Assembly: GCA_963834385.1 (NCBI GenBank)
Contig: CAWIBO010000002.1
Span: 704,001-768,000, forward strand
Direction of reading: 5' to 3'
DNA length: 64,000 nucleotides
From: an uncultured Verrucomicrobiae bacterium
Lineage (GTDB): Bacteria > Verrucomicrobiota > Verrucomicrobiia > Chthoniobacterales > UBA10450
A program made the translations under genes and the position numbers. This document shows positions 28,144 through 37,769 of the stretch, piece after piece. How positions within the stretch are numbered: position 1 is the stretch's first letter; the number at the start of each line of letters is the position of its first letter. The notes under the pieces were generated by a model. It did no database searches. It worked only from the letters and a program-made list of their open reading frames with translations, and was not told where the DNA came from.

Positions 28144-31100
28144 TCAATCCGTCACGATATTCACAAGCTTTTTCGGGACGACCACGACCTTGCGGGCGGT
28201 TTTGCCCTTGCCCTCAACCCATTCGCGCACCTTGGGGTTGGCCAGCGCGGCCTGCCGGTAATCTTCCTCCCCGACGGCCAGCGGCAGCCGGATGCGGTCA
28301 CGCAGCTTGCCATTCACCTGCAGGATGACCTCGACCTCATCCTCGACCAGGCAGGCGGGATCAAACTCCGGCCAGCGCTGATCGGTGATGGCGCCCGCAT
28401 CGCCGAAGCGTTCGGCCAGTCGTTCCCAAAGGTCGGAGGTGAGATGCGGAGCGAAGGGATTCAGAAGAACCAGGAGCGTGCGCAGGGAGCCAACCGGCCG
28501 CTTCTCGGCGCCCGTAAAGGCGTTTACGAACTGCATCATCTGCGCAATGGCGGTGTTAAAGGAAAGGGTCTCGATATCCTCCGTCACCTTTTTGATCGTG
28601 GCGTGCACCACCCGGCGCTGCGCCGGCTCCGGTGAACCTTCGTCCAAAGCGTCGGAAAGCACCCAGTCACCGGCCTGGTTCTCCTCCATGAAAAGCCGCC
28701 AGACCCGGGCAAGGAAGCGCGAGACGCCTTCCACCCCCTTCATGCTCCAGGGCTTCATCTGTTCGAGCGGCCCCATGAACATCTCGTAGCAGCGAAAGGC
28801 ATCGGCGCCGTGTTCGCGCACGACATCATCGGGATCGACCACGTTGCCCCAGCGCTTCGACATCTTGCGATTGTCCTCGCCCAGGATCATGCCCTGGTTG
28901 ACCAGCCGCTGGAACGGTTCCGCCTTCGAGAGATGGCCGAGATCGTAGAGCACCTTGTGCCAGAACCGGGCATAGAGCAGGTGCAAAACCGCGTGCTCCG
29001 TCCCGCCAATGTAAAGATCCACTCCGGCCGCCCCCTCGCCCCCCATCCAGTAGCGTTCGGCTTCGACGCCCACGAATCGGTCCTCGTTTCGCGGATCGCA
29101 AAAGCGCAGGTAATACCAGCACGATCCCGCCCATTGCGGCATGGTGTTGGTTTCCCGGGTCGCCTTCTCGGAATGGCGGATCCAGTCACGGGCTCGCGCC
29201 AGCGGCGGTTCGCCCGAGCCGGTGGGCTTGAAATCGTCTAGGGGCGGCGGCGAGAGCGGCAGATCGTCCGCCGGAAGGGCGCGGTGCCTCCCCTCTTCCC
29301 AGATGATCGGGAACGGTTCGCCCCAGTAACGCTGCCGGGAAAAAAGCCAGTCGCGCAGCTTGTAACGGACGTCGCGCCGCCCCCGGCCCTGCTCTTCCAG
29401 CCACCCGATGATCTTTTGTTGCGCCTCCGCCGTCGGCAGCCCGTCGATCAGCGGCGAATTGATCGCGACCCCGTCGCCGCTAAATACGGAGCCCGGGTTT
29501 TCAACGGAGCCCGGGTTTTCAACCCGGTCTTCACGGCTTGAAAAGCCGTGCTCCTAAAGTCGCGCTCCCAAACCGGTACGTCCTTGCCGGACAATCCGGC
29601 TTTCTCCGGGTTCATCGCGATGTACCTGCTTGAGAAAATCGTAATGTTCCTGCGACCGCACCAGCCGATCAAAATATTCCTCCTGCCAAAGCGATCCGCT
29701 TTGACCGATCCTCTTATTGATCTCCAGGGCCGAATGCCGCTTCCAGCTGTGAACCACGGCCGGAAGCGTCTCGTTTTCATGCAGGCGAACCAGCACATGC
29801 ACGTGATTGGGCATCACGCAGAACGCATGCAATTCGTAACGCTGGCCCTCAAAAAACCGTAACGCCTCGACAACGATCTGCGCACATTCCGGGCGGGCCA
29901 GCACGCAGCTGCCTGCGCCCGCGTCCAGCCACTCATCCAGCCGCGCGCCAAAACGCTCGTAGAACTCGTTCTCCTGTTCGGCCGTCCATGGCTCCGGGTG
30001 GCTTGCCAGCCAGCGTTCACGATCCTCCCGCAGCTCCGCGAGCTTCGGTTGCGGCAGGCTGTCGGCCAGACGCCAGGTGAGGAAGTAGAGGCTTTGGGCC
30101 TGCTGCCAATGCGGAAGGTTTCGTCGATGGATCTCGATCTCTTCGCGTGGATCGAGGAACCCCCTTTCGGAGCCCGGGTTTTCAACCCGGTCCTCGTCTT
30201 CACGGCTTGAAAAGCCGTGCTCCTTAGAAACCCCGTGCTCCGCAACGACCCGACGAATCGGAAGATCGAATTGACACGCGAATTCGAAATCCCGCTCGTC
30301 GTGCGCGGGCACGGCCATAATGGCCCCGGTGCCGTAACCCATCAAAACGTAATCCGCGATCCAGATCGGAATCTTCTCCTGGTTCACCGGGTTGATCGCG
30401 CAGGCCCCGAGGAAAACCCCGCTCTTTTCCTTCGCCAGATCGGTCCGCTCGAGATCGGATTTCGCGGCCACCTCAGCCCGATACCGGGCGACATCGCCCC
30501 GGCATTCCGCGGAGGTCAGTTGTTCCACCAGGGGATGTTCCGGCGCGAGCACCAGATACGTGGCCCCGTAGATCGTGTCGGGACGGGTGGTGAAAACCTC
30601 GATGAACTGATCAGGGTCCAGGGTGCGGGCTTCAGACCTTTCCCCTGAACCCTGGACACTGAACCCGGAAAACCTGATGACTGCGCCTTCACTCCGGCCA
30701 ATCCAGTTCTGCTGCAGCAACTTGATCCCGGCCGGCCAATCGAGCGGCTCCAGCTCCTCCGCGAGGCGATCCCCATAGGCGGTGATCCGCAGCATCCATT
30801 GCCGCATCGGCCGGCGCACCACCGGAAATCCACCCACCTCGCTTTTGCCGTCGATCACCTCCTCGTTGGCGAGGACGGTCCCGAGCTCCGGGCACCAGTT
30901 CACCGGCACATCCGCGACATAGGCGAGGCGCACCCCGTCCGGATCATCCCCGTCGTAAGTGTCGATTGGCTCGGCCTTGCGCGTGGCCGGGTTGAACCAG
31001 GAATGATAAAGCTGGAGAAAAATCCATTGCGTCCAACGATAAAAATCCGGCTCCGCCGTGCTGACCTCGCGGCTCCAGTCGTAGGAGAATCCCAGCCGCT

Positions 31101-31467
31101 TCAACTGGCCCTTGAACTTCGCAATGTTGGCCCGGGTGGTGATGGCCGGATGCTGCCCGGTCTTGATGGCATACTGCTCGGCCGGCAGGCCAAAGGCGTC
31201 CCAGCCCATCGGATGCAGGACGTTGAAACCGCGCATGCGTTTGTAGCGCGCCACGATGTCGGTCGCGGTGTAGCCTTCCGGATGCCCGACGTGAAGACCG
31301 GCGCCACTCGGATAAGGAAACATGTCGAGCACGTAATACTTCGGCCGGGTCGCGTCGAAACCCGGCTCCCCGGGATTGAGGGCGCGGAACGTTCCCTCCG
31401 CCTCCCAGCGCGCCTGCCAGCGCGCATCGATTTCGTCGAAAGGATAAGGTTTGCGGCGTTCGCTCAT
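28144..31467 (-). CDS. leuS: Leucine--tRNA ligase carrying an internal RAYT/REP insert (apparent in-frame TAG at 29554-29556 between two compensating indels)
   Basis: [50 protein letters not shown]; after the insert [34 protein letters not shown]. Confidence 0.95.
29488..29554. repeat. REP cluster downstream of RAYT: partial REP plus inverted REP pair
   Basis: GGAGCCCGGGTTTTCAAC + GGAGCCCGGGTTTTCAACCCGG + CACGGCTTGAAAAGCCGTGCTCC. Confidence 0.9.
30169..30241. repeat. REP cluster upstream of RAYT: inverted REP pair plus partial REP
   Basis: GGAGCCCGGGTTTTCAACCCGG (30169-30190), CACGGCTTGAAAAGCCGTGCTCC (30201-30223), AAACCCCGTGCTCC (30228-30241). Confidence 0.9.
30611..30669. repeat. Heptamer-built imperfect hairpin inside the leuS coding sequence
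   Basis: TCAGGGT-CCAGGGT-GCGGGCT-TCAG ... CTGAACC-CTGGACA-CTGAACC-CGGA; arms match 19/25. Confidence 0.7.
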
Positions 31468-31541
31468 GCGCGAACAATCAGGAACGCAGGATGGCTCGGA
31501 AGGAAAATGAAATTTTTCGTTCTTTTCCGCGGGGTCAGCCG

Positions 31542-32126
31542 ATGACGCTGACCCTGGCCACGGGCAATCCGCACAAGACCCGCGAGTTGAGGGCGCTCCT
31601 GGGGGACGCGGTGGAGTTACGCGATCTTTCGGCTGTGCCGGGTTTTTCCATGCCCGAGGAGACCGGGGCGACCCTGGAGGAAAACGCGATTCTCAAGGCC
31701 CTGGCCCTGGCCCGAGACCAGCCCGGGCTTGTTCTGGCCGACGACTCCGGCCTGGAAGTTGACGCGTTGGGAGGGGCGCCCGGCGTTTTCTCCGCACGCT
31801 ACGCCGGTGCCACCGCCACCGACGCGGACAATGTCGCCCGGTTGCTCGCCGCCCTGGAGGGAGAAGAAGATCGTTCCGCCCGTTTTCGGTGCGTTCTTGC
31901 AGTAGCCGAAGAAGGGCACCTTCTCGTGACGCTGGACGGCCTCCTCGAAGGGGCCATCGCCACCGGGCGGCGCGGTGAGAGCGGCTTCGGCTACGATCCG
32001 GTCTTTGTTCCGGCCGGGGAAACCCGGTCCCTGGCGGAGTTCTCCGCCACGGAGAAAAACCGGATCAGCCACCGGGCAAAGGCCGCGGAAAAACTGCGCG
32101 CCTGGCTGGAGAGAAGCCGCCGGTAA
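31542..32126 (+). CDS. rdgB: Non-canonical purine NTP pyrophosphatase (RdgB/HAM1)
   Basis: [51 protein letters not shown]. Confidence 0.96.
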   Translation: MTLTLATGNPHKTRELRALLGDAVELRDLSAVPGFSMPEETGATLEENAILKALALARDQPGLVLADDSGLEVDALGGAPGVFSARYAGATATDADNVARLLAALEGEEDRSARFRCVLAVAEEGHLLVTLDGLLEGAIATGRRGESGFGYDPVFVPAGETRSLAEFSATEKNRISHRAKAAEKLRAWLERSRR

Positions 32127-32150
32127 GCCGTCTGCGGTCCGGCGCGGCGA

Positions 32151-32579
32151 CTATTGGGCGACCGGGGGCGGCGCCTTGATCTGGTAACCGATCTTGGTGA
32201 TGCCGGCGGAGCGCACGCGATCGAGCAGCGTGATGACATCGCCGTGCAAAGCCTGCTGATCGGCGCTGATCGAGACCTTGGCCGCTTCCCCGAGGTTCTG
32301 GCGGAATTGGAAAAGCGTCGGCAGAACCTGCTCGTCCAGCACGGGCTGATTGTCGATGTAGGTCTGGTTTCCCGGTGTCACCCGCAAGGTCAAATAGTCC
32401 TTCACCGGCGGCTGCTGCACCGCCTGCCCCGGCGCGGGAATATTAACCCGGATGCCCTTCATATGCGTCTGGCTAAGGCTGACCATCATGAAGCTCGCAA
32501 GGAGGAAGAACATGATGTCGATCAACGGAATGATCTCGATGCGCGCCTTCTTGTGCGGGATGGGTGACTTCATTCTCAT
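32151..32579 (-). CDS. exbD: Biopolymer transporter ExbD (second system)
   Basis: ARIEIIPLIDIMFFLLASFMM. Confidence 0.92.
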   Translation of the reverse strand: MRMKSPIPHKKARIEIIPLIDIMFFLLASFMMVSLSQTHMKGIRVNIPAPGQAVQQPPVKDYLTLRVTPGNQTYIDNQPVLDEQVLPTLFQFRQNLGEAAKVSISADQQALHGDVITLLDRVRSAGITKIGYQIKAPPPVAQ

Positions 32580-32592
32580 GGCATGATCCCCT

Positions 32593-33232
32593 TTAGAATT
32601 GCGCGCCGGACATGGTGAAGGTGATTGGCGTCCTGACCTTGGTCACCGTGTTGGGCTTGAAGCGCCAACGCTTGAAAGGCGGAGGTGGCGGCGTTATCCA
32701 GGACCGAGCTGCCGGTGCTCTGCGCCATGACCGCGCTCGTGACCGCGCCGGTCGACGGATTCACCGTCATCAGGCAGACGCCGCTGCCGGTGATACGGTT
32801 CTTGCGCGCGGCGTAGGGATACTCCGGACGCGGCGAAGAGATGGCCGAAACCCTGGCGGTGGACATCGAGACCGGACCCGTGGGGCCGGGTGGACGCGGC
32901 CGTGAAATCGGTGGGGGTGGCTTGTTGGAAGGTGTCCGCGGCTTCGGCGGAGGGGTGGCCTCTTCCTCGACAAACTCAGGCTGCTCCGCGGTGGGGGGCG
33001 GTGGCGGCGGCGGCTCGGGCTCATCCGGCGGCGGCTCGGGCTCGGGCGGCTGATCCTGCTGCTCAAAAGTGACTTCCGCGACGGCCTCTGGAATGTCGGT
33101 CAGGTCGGTGATCTCTTCATCCGGCCGGATGCCGGCGACGACGACCGCCATGAAATGGAGCAGGACGGCGGCGCCAAATGCGGCCCCGACATGCCATTTC
33201 GGCATCGGCTTGTAGAGTTGTGGCTTGGCCAT
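32593..33232 (-). CDS. tonB: Energy transducer TonB; frameshift near 32670
   Basis: TM with H, Pro-rich linker, PRPEYPYAARKNRITG, LDNAA; shifted tail RWRFKP..VRTPITF. Confidence 0.88.
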
Positions 33233-33236
33233 GGTG

Positions 33237-33677
33237 CTACTGCGAGGTGGTTCCCGGGAGCGGCGCGGAGACGTCGCTCTTGATTTCAAAGGCGATCTTG
33301 GTGAAACCGGAGGCGCGAATCAGGTCGAGCAGGCGCGTAACGTTGCCATGCAGCGCTTCGCGGTCGCCCCGGACGAAAACCTTGGCTTCCGGAGTTTGCG
33401 CGTAGATCTGGGCCAGCTTTGGCGTCACCGCTTCATAAGGGATCGGCTCCTTGTCGAAATAGAAGTAGCCGTCGCGATCAACCGAGAGACTGACGTAATC
33501 CTTCTTGTTCTGGACTTCACCGGAACGGCCGAGGGGCAGATCAACCTTGATGCCCTTCATGTGCACCTGGCTGAGGCTGACCATCATGAAGCTCGCGAGC
33601 AGGAAGAACATGATGTCGATCAGCGGGATGATCTCGATGCGCGCCTTCTTGTGCGGCAACGGTGAGCTGACGTTCAT
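33237..33677 (-). CDS. exbD: Biopolymer transporter ExbD
   Basis: ARIEIIPLIDIMFFLLASFMM, VFVRGD. Confidence 0.92.
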   Translation of the reverse strand: MNVSSPLPHKKARIEIIPLIDIMFFLLASFMMVSLSQVHMKGIKVDLPLGRSGEVQNKKDYVSLSVDRDGYFYFDKEPIPYEAVTPKLAQIYAQTPEAKVFVRGDREALHGNVTRLLDLIRASGFTKIAFEIKSDVSAPLPGTTSQ

Positions 33678-33704
33678 GCCTTTGGTTCCCTTTTTTTCTG
33701 CGGC

Positions 33705-34793
33705 TTATCTCGACTGCATTTCCACTTCCCGCTTCGCCTTCGCGTTCGCCTCGAGCATCACCTCGAGGTTGGTCGCCGCGGTCTGCAGCTCGAACTCCAG
33801 GTTAGACACACGGGAGGTGAAAAAGTTAAACGGAATCAACGCAAAGATGGCGATGCCGAGACCGGCCGCCGTCGCGATAAGCGCTTCCGCAATACCGCCG
33901 GTGACCGCAGTCACCGCCAGTTCGTCGTCGCCAAGGAAGGCGAACGAACGCATCAGACCGGTGATGGTGCCGAGCAGACCAAGCAGCGGGGCCAGGGTCA
34001 CAAGCGTGTCCATCACGACCAGGAACCGGCCGGCCCGCTTGATCTCAATGCCCGCCGCCACCTGCAGGGCGCCCTGGAGCGAGGCATGCTGGTGGTTCAA
34101 CCCGTTCCAGATCATGCGCAGGACGGGATCGCGCGATCCGCGGGAAAGACGCGAAGCCTCCGCGACGTCGCCCGTTTCAATGGCGGTAAACACTTTCTCA
34201 ATGCGCTTGGGATCGCGGCGCGTCCAGCGCATCAGCCACCAACCGATGCGTTCCAGCACCACCGCGATCGCCGTGATCGAGGTGATCAGGATCGGCCACA
34301 TGATCCAGCCGCCTTCCTCGAATTTCTCGAGCAGATTGTTCGCGCTGAAGAAACCGTGTTCCTCCTTCTTCACCGGCTCCGCCGCCGGGGAAGCTGCCGC
34401 GGTCGCCGCCGGTGCCGCCGGGGTCATCATGCCGGGCTGCTGCACCGCTCCAGGAGCACCGGGAGCCCCAGGCATTCCGGGCGCGCCGGGCGCGGCCCCG
34501 GGCATGGCCGGATCGCCGCCCGGCGGGACGCCAGGACCGCCGGGAGCGGTCATGCCGGGCTGCGCAGGCGGAATCGGCTGCTGACCGGGCTGGGCCGGCT
34601 GAATGGGCTGCTGGCCGGGCTGAAGCGGCTGTTGCGTGGTCGCCGGGGCCGTCGCGGGATCAGTCGGCGCGGCCGGAGAGGTCGCTACGCCCGCCGGCGA
34701 AGTGGCCGCAGCAGGTGAAGTCGTCGGTGCTTGCGCGAACGCGCTCAGCGCGACGGCGGTAGAGATAAGGCAGGCGGTTAGCGTTTTTTTCAT
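33705..34793 (-). CDS. exbB: MotA/TolQ/ExbB protein with long low-complexity N-terminal extension
   Basis: GGWIMWP, APLLGLLGTITG, GGIAEALIATAAGL. Confidence 0.92.
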   Translation of the reverse strand: MKKTLTACLISTAVALSAFAQAPTTSPAAATSPAGVATSPAAPTDPATAPATTQQPLQPGQQPIQPAQPGQQPIPPAQPGMTAPGGPGVPPGGDPAMPGAAPGAPGMPGAPGAPGAVQQPGMMTPAAPAATAAASPAAEPVKKEEHGFFSANNLLEKFEEGGWIMWPILITSITAIAVVLERIGWWLMRWTRRDPKRIEKVFTAIETGDVAEASRLSRGSRDPVLRMIWNGLNHQHASLQGALQVAAGIEIKRAGRFLVVMDTLVTLAPLLGLLGTITGLMRSFAFLGDDELAVTAVTGGIAEALIATAAGLGIAIFALIPFNFFTSRVSNLEFELQTAATNLEVMLEANAKAKREVEMQSR

Positions 34794-35053
34794 AAATCAG
34801 ATGAGGATGTTATCCGGCTCCAGTTCAGTAGTAGGGAATATTCTATTCAGACGAAGCTTGTTACAGTCGAGTAAAACTTTTCACCTTTTTACGCGAGACT
34901 CCAATCAAAAGTTCGCAACAGGGAATCGAATCAACACCCGTAACGGGATGTAACGCAAATGCTTCTAATTGCGTGATCGCCCTATTTTTGCGCGGAATTC
35001 GCCGCGGCTGTTGACAAAAAACATCCGAACGGATAAACGCGCGCCCCCTGCTT

Positions 35054-35818
35054 TCAGGCCCGGGCGTTGACCACGTTGCGCAGGGGCGGCCAGTCGCCCA
35101 CCCGCGCCTCCAGGATGTCACCCTTCCCGATCGGTCCCACCCCCGAAGGTGTCCCGGTGAGGATCAGGTCGCCCGGGAGCAACGTGAGCGCTTCGCTGGC
35201 AAAAGCGACAATCTCCGCCACGGAATAAATCATCTGGCTGGTGCGCGCCTCCTGTTTCACCTCACCATTCTGGCGCAGGGAAATGGGCAGGTCGGAAACA
35301 TCGACCTCGGTGTAAACAAACGGTCCCACCGGGGTGTAGGTGTCGAACGATTTGCAGCGGCCAAACTGTTTCTCACTCTTCTGCAGGTCGCGGTCGCTGA
35401 TGTCCTCGGCCACGGTATAGCCGAACACGTGCTCCAGCGCCCGGTCCCGGGCGAGGTCGCGTCCCTGTTTCCCGATCACCACCGCCAGTTCCACCTCGAA
35501 ATCGGTCTGGTGCCCGGGAAAGGCGATCTCGATCGTGCCTTCGTGCGGCAGGAGGGAGGTCGGCGCCTTGAACCAGACCAGCGGGGTGCCCAGCGGGGTC
35601 CGCTTCATTTCCGCGATGTGATCGGCGTAGTTGAGGCCGACCGCGATCACCTTGGAAGGCGCCACCGGCACGCCGGGCCGCACCTGCGCCCGCGGCACCT
35701 CCCGCCCGCTGCGTTCCTGCGAAAGCCAGAACGGTTCGCGCAAGAGGTGCACCGTCTCCCCGCACACCTCGCCATACTCCGTTTTCCCGTCCACCACGAA
35801 ACTGCCAAAGATGCGCAT
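35054..35818 (-). CDS. Fumarylacetoacetate hydrolase family protein
   Basis: GLNYADH, FEVELAVVIG, DISDRDLQ, KSFDTYTPVGP, LPGDLILTGTPSGVG. Confidence 0.94.
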   Translation of the reverse strand: MRIFGSFVVDGKTEYGEVCGETVHLLREPFWLSQERSGREVPRAQVRPGVPVAPSKVIAVGLNYADHIAEMKRTPLGTPLVWFKAPTSLLPHEGTIEIAFPGHQTDFEVELAVVIGKQGRDLARDRALEHVFGYTVAEDISDRDLQKSEKQFGRCKSFDTYTPVGPFVYTEVDVSDLPISLRQNGEVKQEARTSQMIYSVAEIVAFASEALTLLPGDLILTGTPSGVGPIGKGDILEARVGDWPPLRNVVNARA

Positions 35819-35875
35819 GGTCTGGGGACGAGAGCCCCCGCCGCGGCCAGCGTCAAGGCCGGAGCGGTCCCGGCT

Positions 35876-36640
35876 CTATTTCTCCACGATGCCGACGACA
35901 TCGCGCACCATCTTATATCCGCTGATGGAGAACGGTTCGCCCTCCGCGCTCGTGCTCCAGAAGGCGCTGGAGGAACCGCCATCCAGGTTCAGGGCGCGTT
36001 CCACCGCGAATTCCCGGCCATCCAGGGCCGCCAGGATTTCCGCCAGCTCCGCCAGGGTGACGCCCGAGCAATAGCCGAGCGCCACGCCGCGTTTGTTGTT
36101 CGTGGCGATGAAGGTGCGCCGCGCGCGGCGGGTCTTCTCCAGCCCGGCCACCGGCCGCCCCCGCTCGACCAGAAAAGGACCGCTCTGGCGCGCCTCGATC
36201 CACTTCGGCCGAGCCGGCGCTTTCCCCAGGCGCAGCAATTCCACTTTCCCGGGCGAGACCGCGATGACCCCGCTCAGGAGCCGCGCCTTCCGCCACGGCG
36301 CCACGGTCCGGCCGCGGCTGCGCAGCATCCCGATCAGTCCATGATCAGGGTCGAAGTAGCCGCCGTTTGTCCCGGCCACGCAGTTGTTTCTCTGCAACAC
36401 CTCCGCCACGGAGGAACGCGGCTCGGCCGGTTGATCAAGGAACCGCAAGGTGGCCTTCCCCGCATCGAAAAGAGCCAACTGGAGCCGGGCGCTCCGGCCG
36501 TCGGATCCCTCCGCCATTTCGAGCGACACGCGCTCCACCACCGCCGAGCTCGTGGGATGCTGACGCGAAGCGGTCACCTCCCAGGCGCCGGCCGCGCGAA
36601 GAAGGAGAAGAAAAAGAACAAAGCCGGTCGAGGCGCGCAT
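35876..36640 (-). CDS. Phosphodiester glycosidase (NAGPA-like) family protein
   Basis: NGGYF, QSGPFLV, ARRT, ALNLDGGSS. Confidence 0.87.
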   Translation of the reverse strand: MRASTGFVLFLLLLRAAGAWEVTASRQHPTSSAVVERVSLEMAEGSDGRSARLQLALFDAGKATLRFLDQPAEPRSSVAEVLQRNNCVAGTNGGYFDPDHGLIGMLRSRGRTVAPWRKARLLSGVIAVSPGKVELLRLGKAPARPKWIEARQSGPFLVERGRPVAGLEKTRRARRTFIATNNKRGVALGYCSGVTLAELAEILAALDGREFAVERALNLDGGSSSAFWSTSAEGEPFSISGYKMVRDVVGIVEK

Positions 36641-36715
36641 CCCGCCAATTAAGCAGCACGGCCGCATGCCTGCCGGGAAAAAACCTGCGGCCGCCCGGTT
36701 CGCCCGAACGCCGAC

Positions 36716-37645
36716 CTACTTCACGCCACCGGCAAACACAGTCTGAAAATACGGACTCTTTTTTTCGCGCGAAACAATGGTGACCTCGATCTCGCGGAAC
36801 CCGGCCTCCTCCAGCCAGCGATGCAACTGCACTTCGCTGAAGCCGAGCCAGTGGTCGGCATAAAGCTCGCGCGCCCGGGCGAACTGGTGCGCCAGGAGAT
36901 CAAGAATGATGACGCGCCCGCCCCGGCGCAGGATGCGATGGGCCGCGGCCAGGGCCCGCTCCGGCTTGACCGCATGGTGCAACGCCTGGCTGAAAACAGC
37001 CAGGTCGATCGAGCTTTTGGCAATCGGCGGTTCCTCGATGTCGCCCAGGCGATACTCGAGATTCCGGAAACCGTGTTCCCGGGCCAGGGCGGCGCCGAAC
37101 TCAACCATCTTCGGCGAATTATCGATCGCGATCACCTTCCGCGCGGTCGGGGCCAGAAGCTGCGAGAGGGTCCCTTCCCCCGCCCCGAGATCGGCCACGG
37201 TCAGCGGCGGCAAAAGATGAAACAGGGTATGGGCCAGCGCCTCCCAGGAACGCCCGGGCACATAGGAACGGCCAAACCGGCCCGCCAACTGGTCGAAATA
37301 GGCGCGCGCTTTGTCCTGTCTTTTGCGCAGGGCCAGCTTCAGCGCGGTCCGGTCATCCGCCGTTTCCGGAACTTCCGGCGCCAGGGACCGGAGAAGGTCA
37401 TGCACCCGGGCGCGGCTGCCGTTCCCCGTCGCGCTCAAACCATAATAGACGTTCTTGCCCGCGCGCCGATCGGCCACAACGCGGGCGCGTTTCAACTGGG
37501 CGAGATGACTGGAGATGCGCGACTGGCCCATGCGCATGATCTCCTGGAGCTCGGCCACGGAGAGTTCCTCCTGCTCGAGGAGAAGGAGGAGTCGCAACCG
37601 GATGGGATCGGCCAGGAGGCGGAGGAGATCGAGCGTTGACGACAT
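36716..37645 (-). CDS. ArsR-HTH plus SAM-methyltransferase-fold regulator (SahR-like)
   Basis: LADPIRLRLL..ELSVAEL..QSRISSHL; ADLGAGEG; divergent from metK-ahcY. Confidence 0.88.
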   Translation of the reverse strand: MSSTLDLLRLLADPIRLRLLLLLEQEELSVAELQEIMRMGQSRISSHLAQLKRARVVADRRAGKNVYYGLSATGNGSRARVHDLLRSLAPEVPETADDRTALKLALRKRQDKARAYFDQLAGRFGRSYVPGRSWEALAHTLFHLLPPLTVADLGAGEGTLSQLLAPTARKVIAIDNSPKMVEFGAALAREHGFRNLEYRLGDIEEPPIAKSSIDLAVFSQALHHAVKPERALAAAHRILRRGGRVIILDLLAHQFARARELYADHWLGFSEVQLHRWLEEAGFREIEVTIVSREKKSPYFQTVFAGGVK

Positions 37646-37659
37646 CGGGGTTGCAGACG

Positions 37660-37690
37660 ATACATCTACGTATCATGATTGGTCAATATG
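37660..37690. promoter_or_regulatory. Putative SahR-type operator(s)
   Basis: Imperfect 20-bp palindrome GTATCATGATTGGTCAATAT (37670-37689), overlapping ACATCTACGTATCATGATTG. Confidence 0.5.
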
Positions 37691-37698
37691 TCCGAAAA

Positions 37699-37761
37699 GG
37701 TGCCAGGGTTCAGACCCGCTGCACCCTCTTGTCTGAATCCTGAACCCCGAACCCCGAACCC
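37699..37761. repeat. Heptamer-built hairpin in the metK leader
   Basis: GGTGCCAGGGTTCAGA ... TCTGAATCCTGAACCCCGAACCCCGAACC. Confidence 0.7.
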
Positions 37762-37769
37762 GCTTTTCT

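Larger units (their letters stand above)
29488..30241 (-). mobile_element. RAYT (REP-associated tyrosine transposase, HUH/Y1) element with flanking REP doublets, inserted inside leuS
   Basis: [53 protein letters not shown]; ends read GGAGC(A/C)CGGG in inverted orientation. Confidence 0.88.

Noticed and set aside
29488..29554. CRISPR-like palindromic repeats
   Set aside because: No regular unique spacers and no cas genes; copies are inverted pairs.
29488..30241. Intein or self-splicing intron in leuS
   Set aside because: No N-terminal Cys/Ser block or His-Asn|Cys/Ser/Thr end, and no recognisable group I/II features; the insert is an HUH transposase with REPs.
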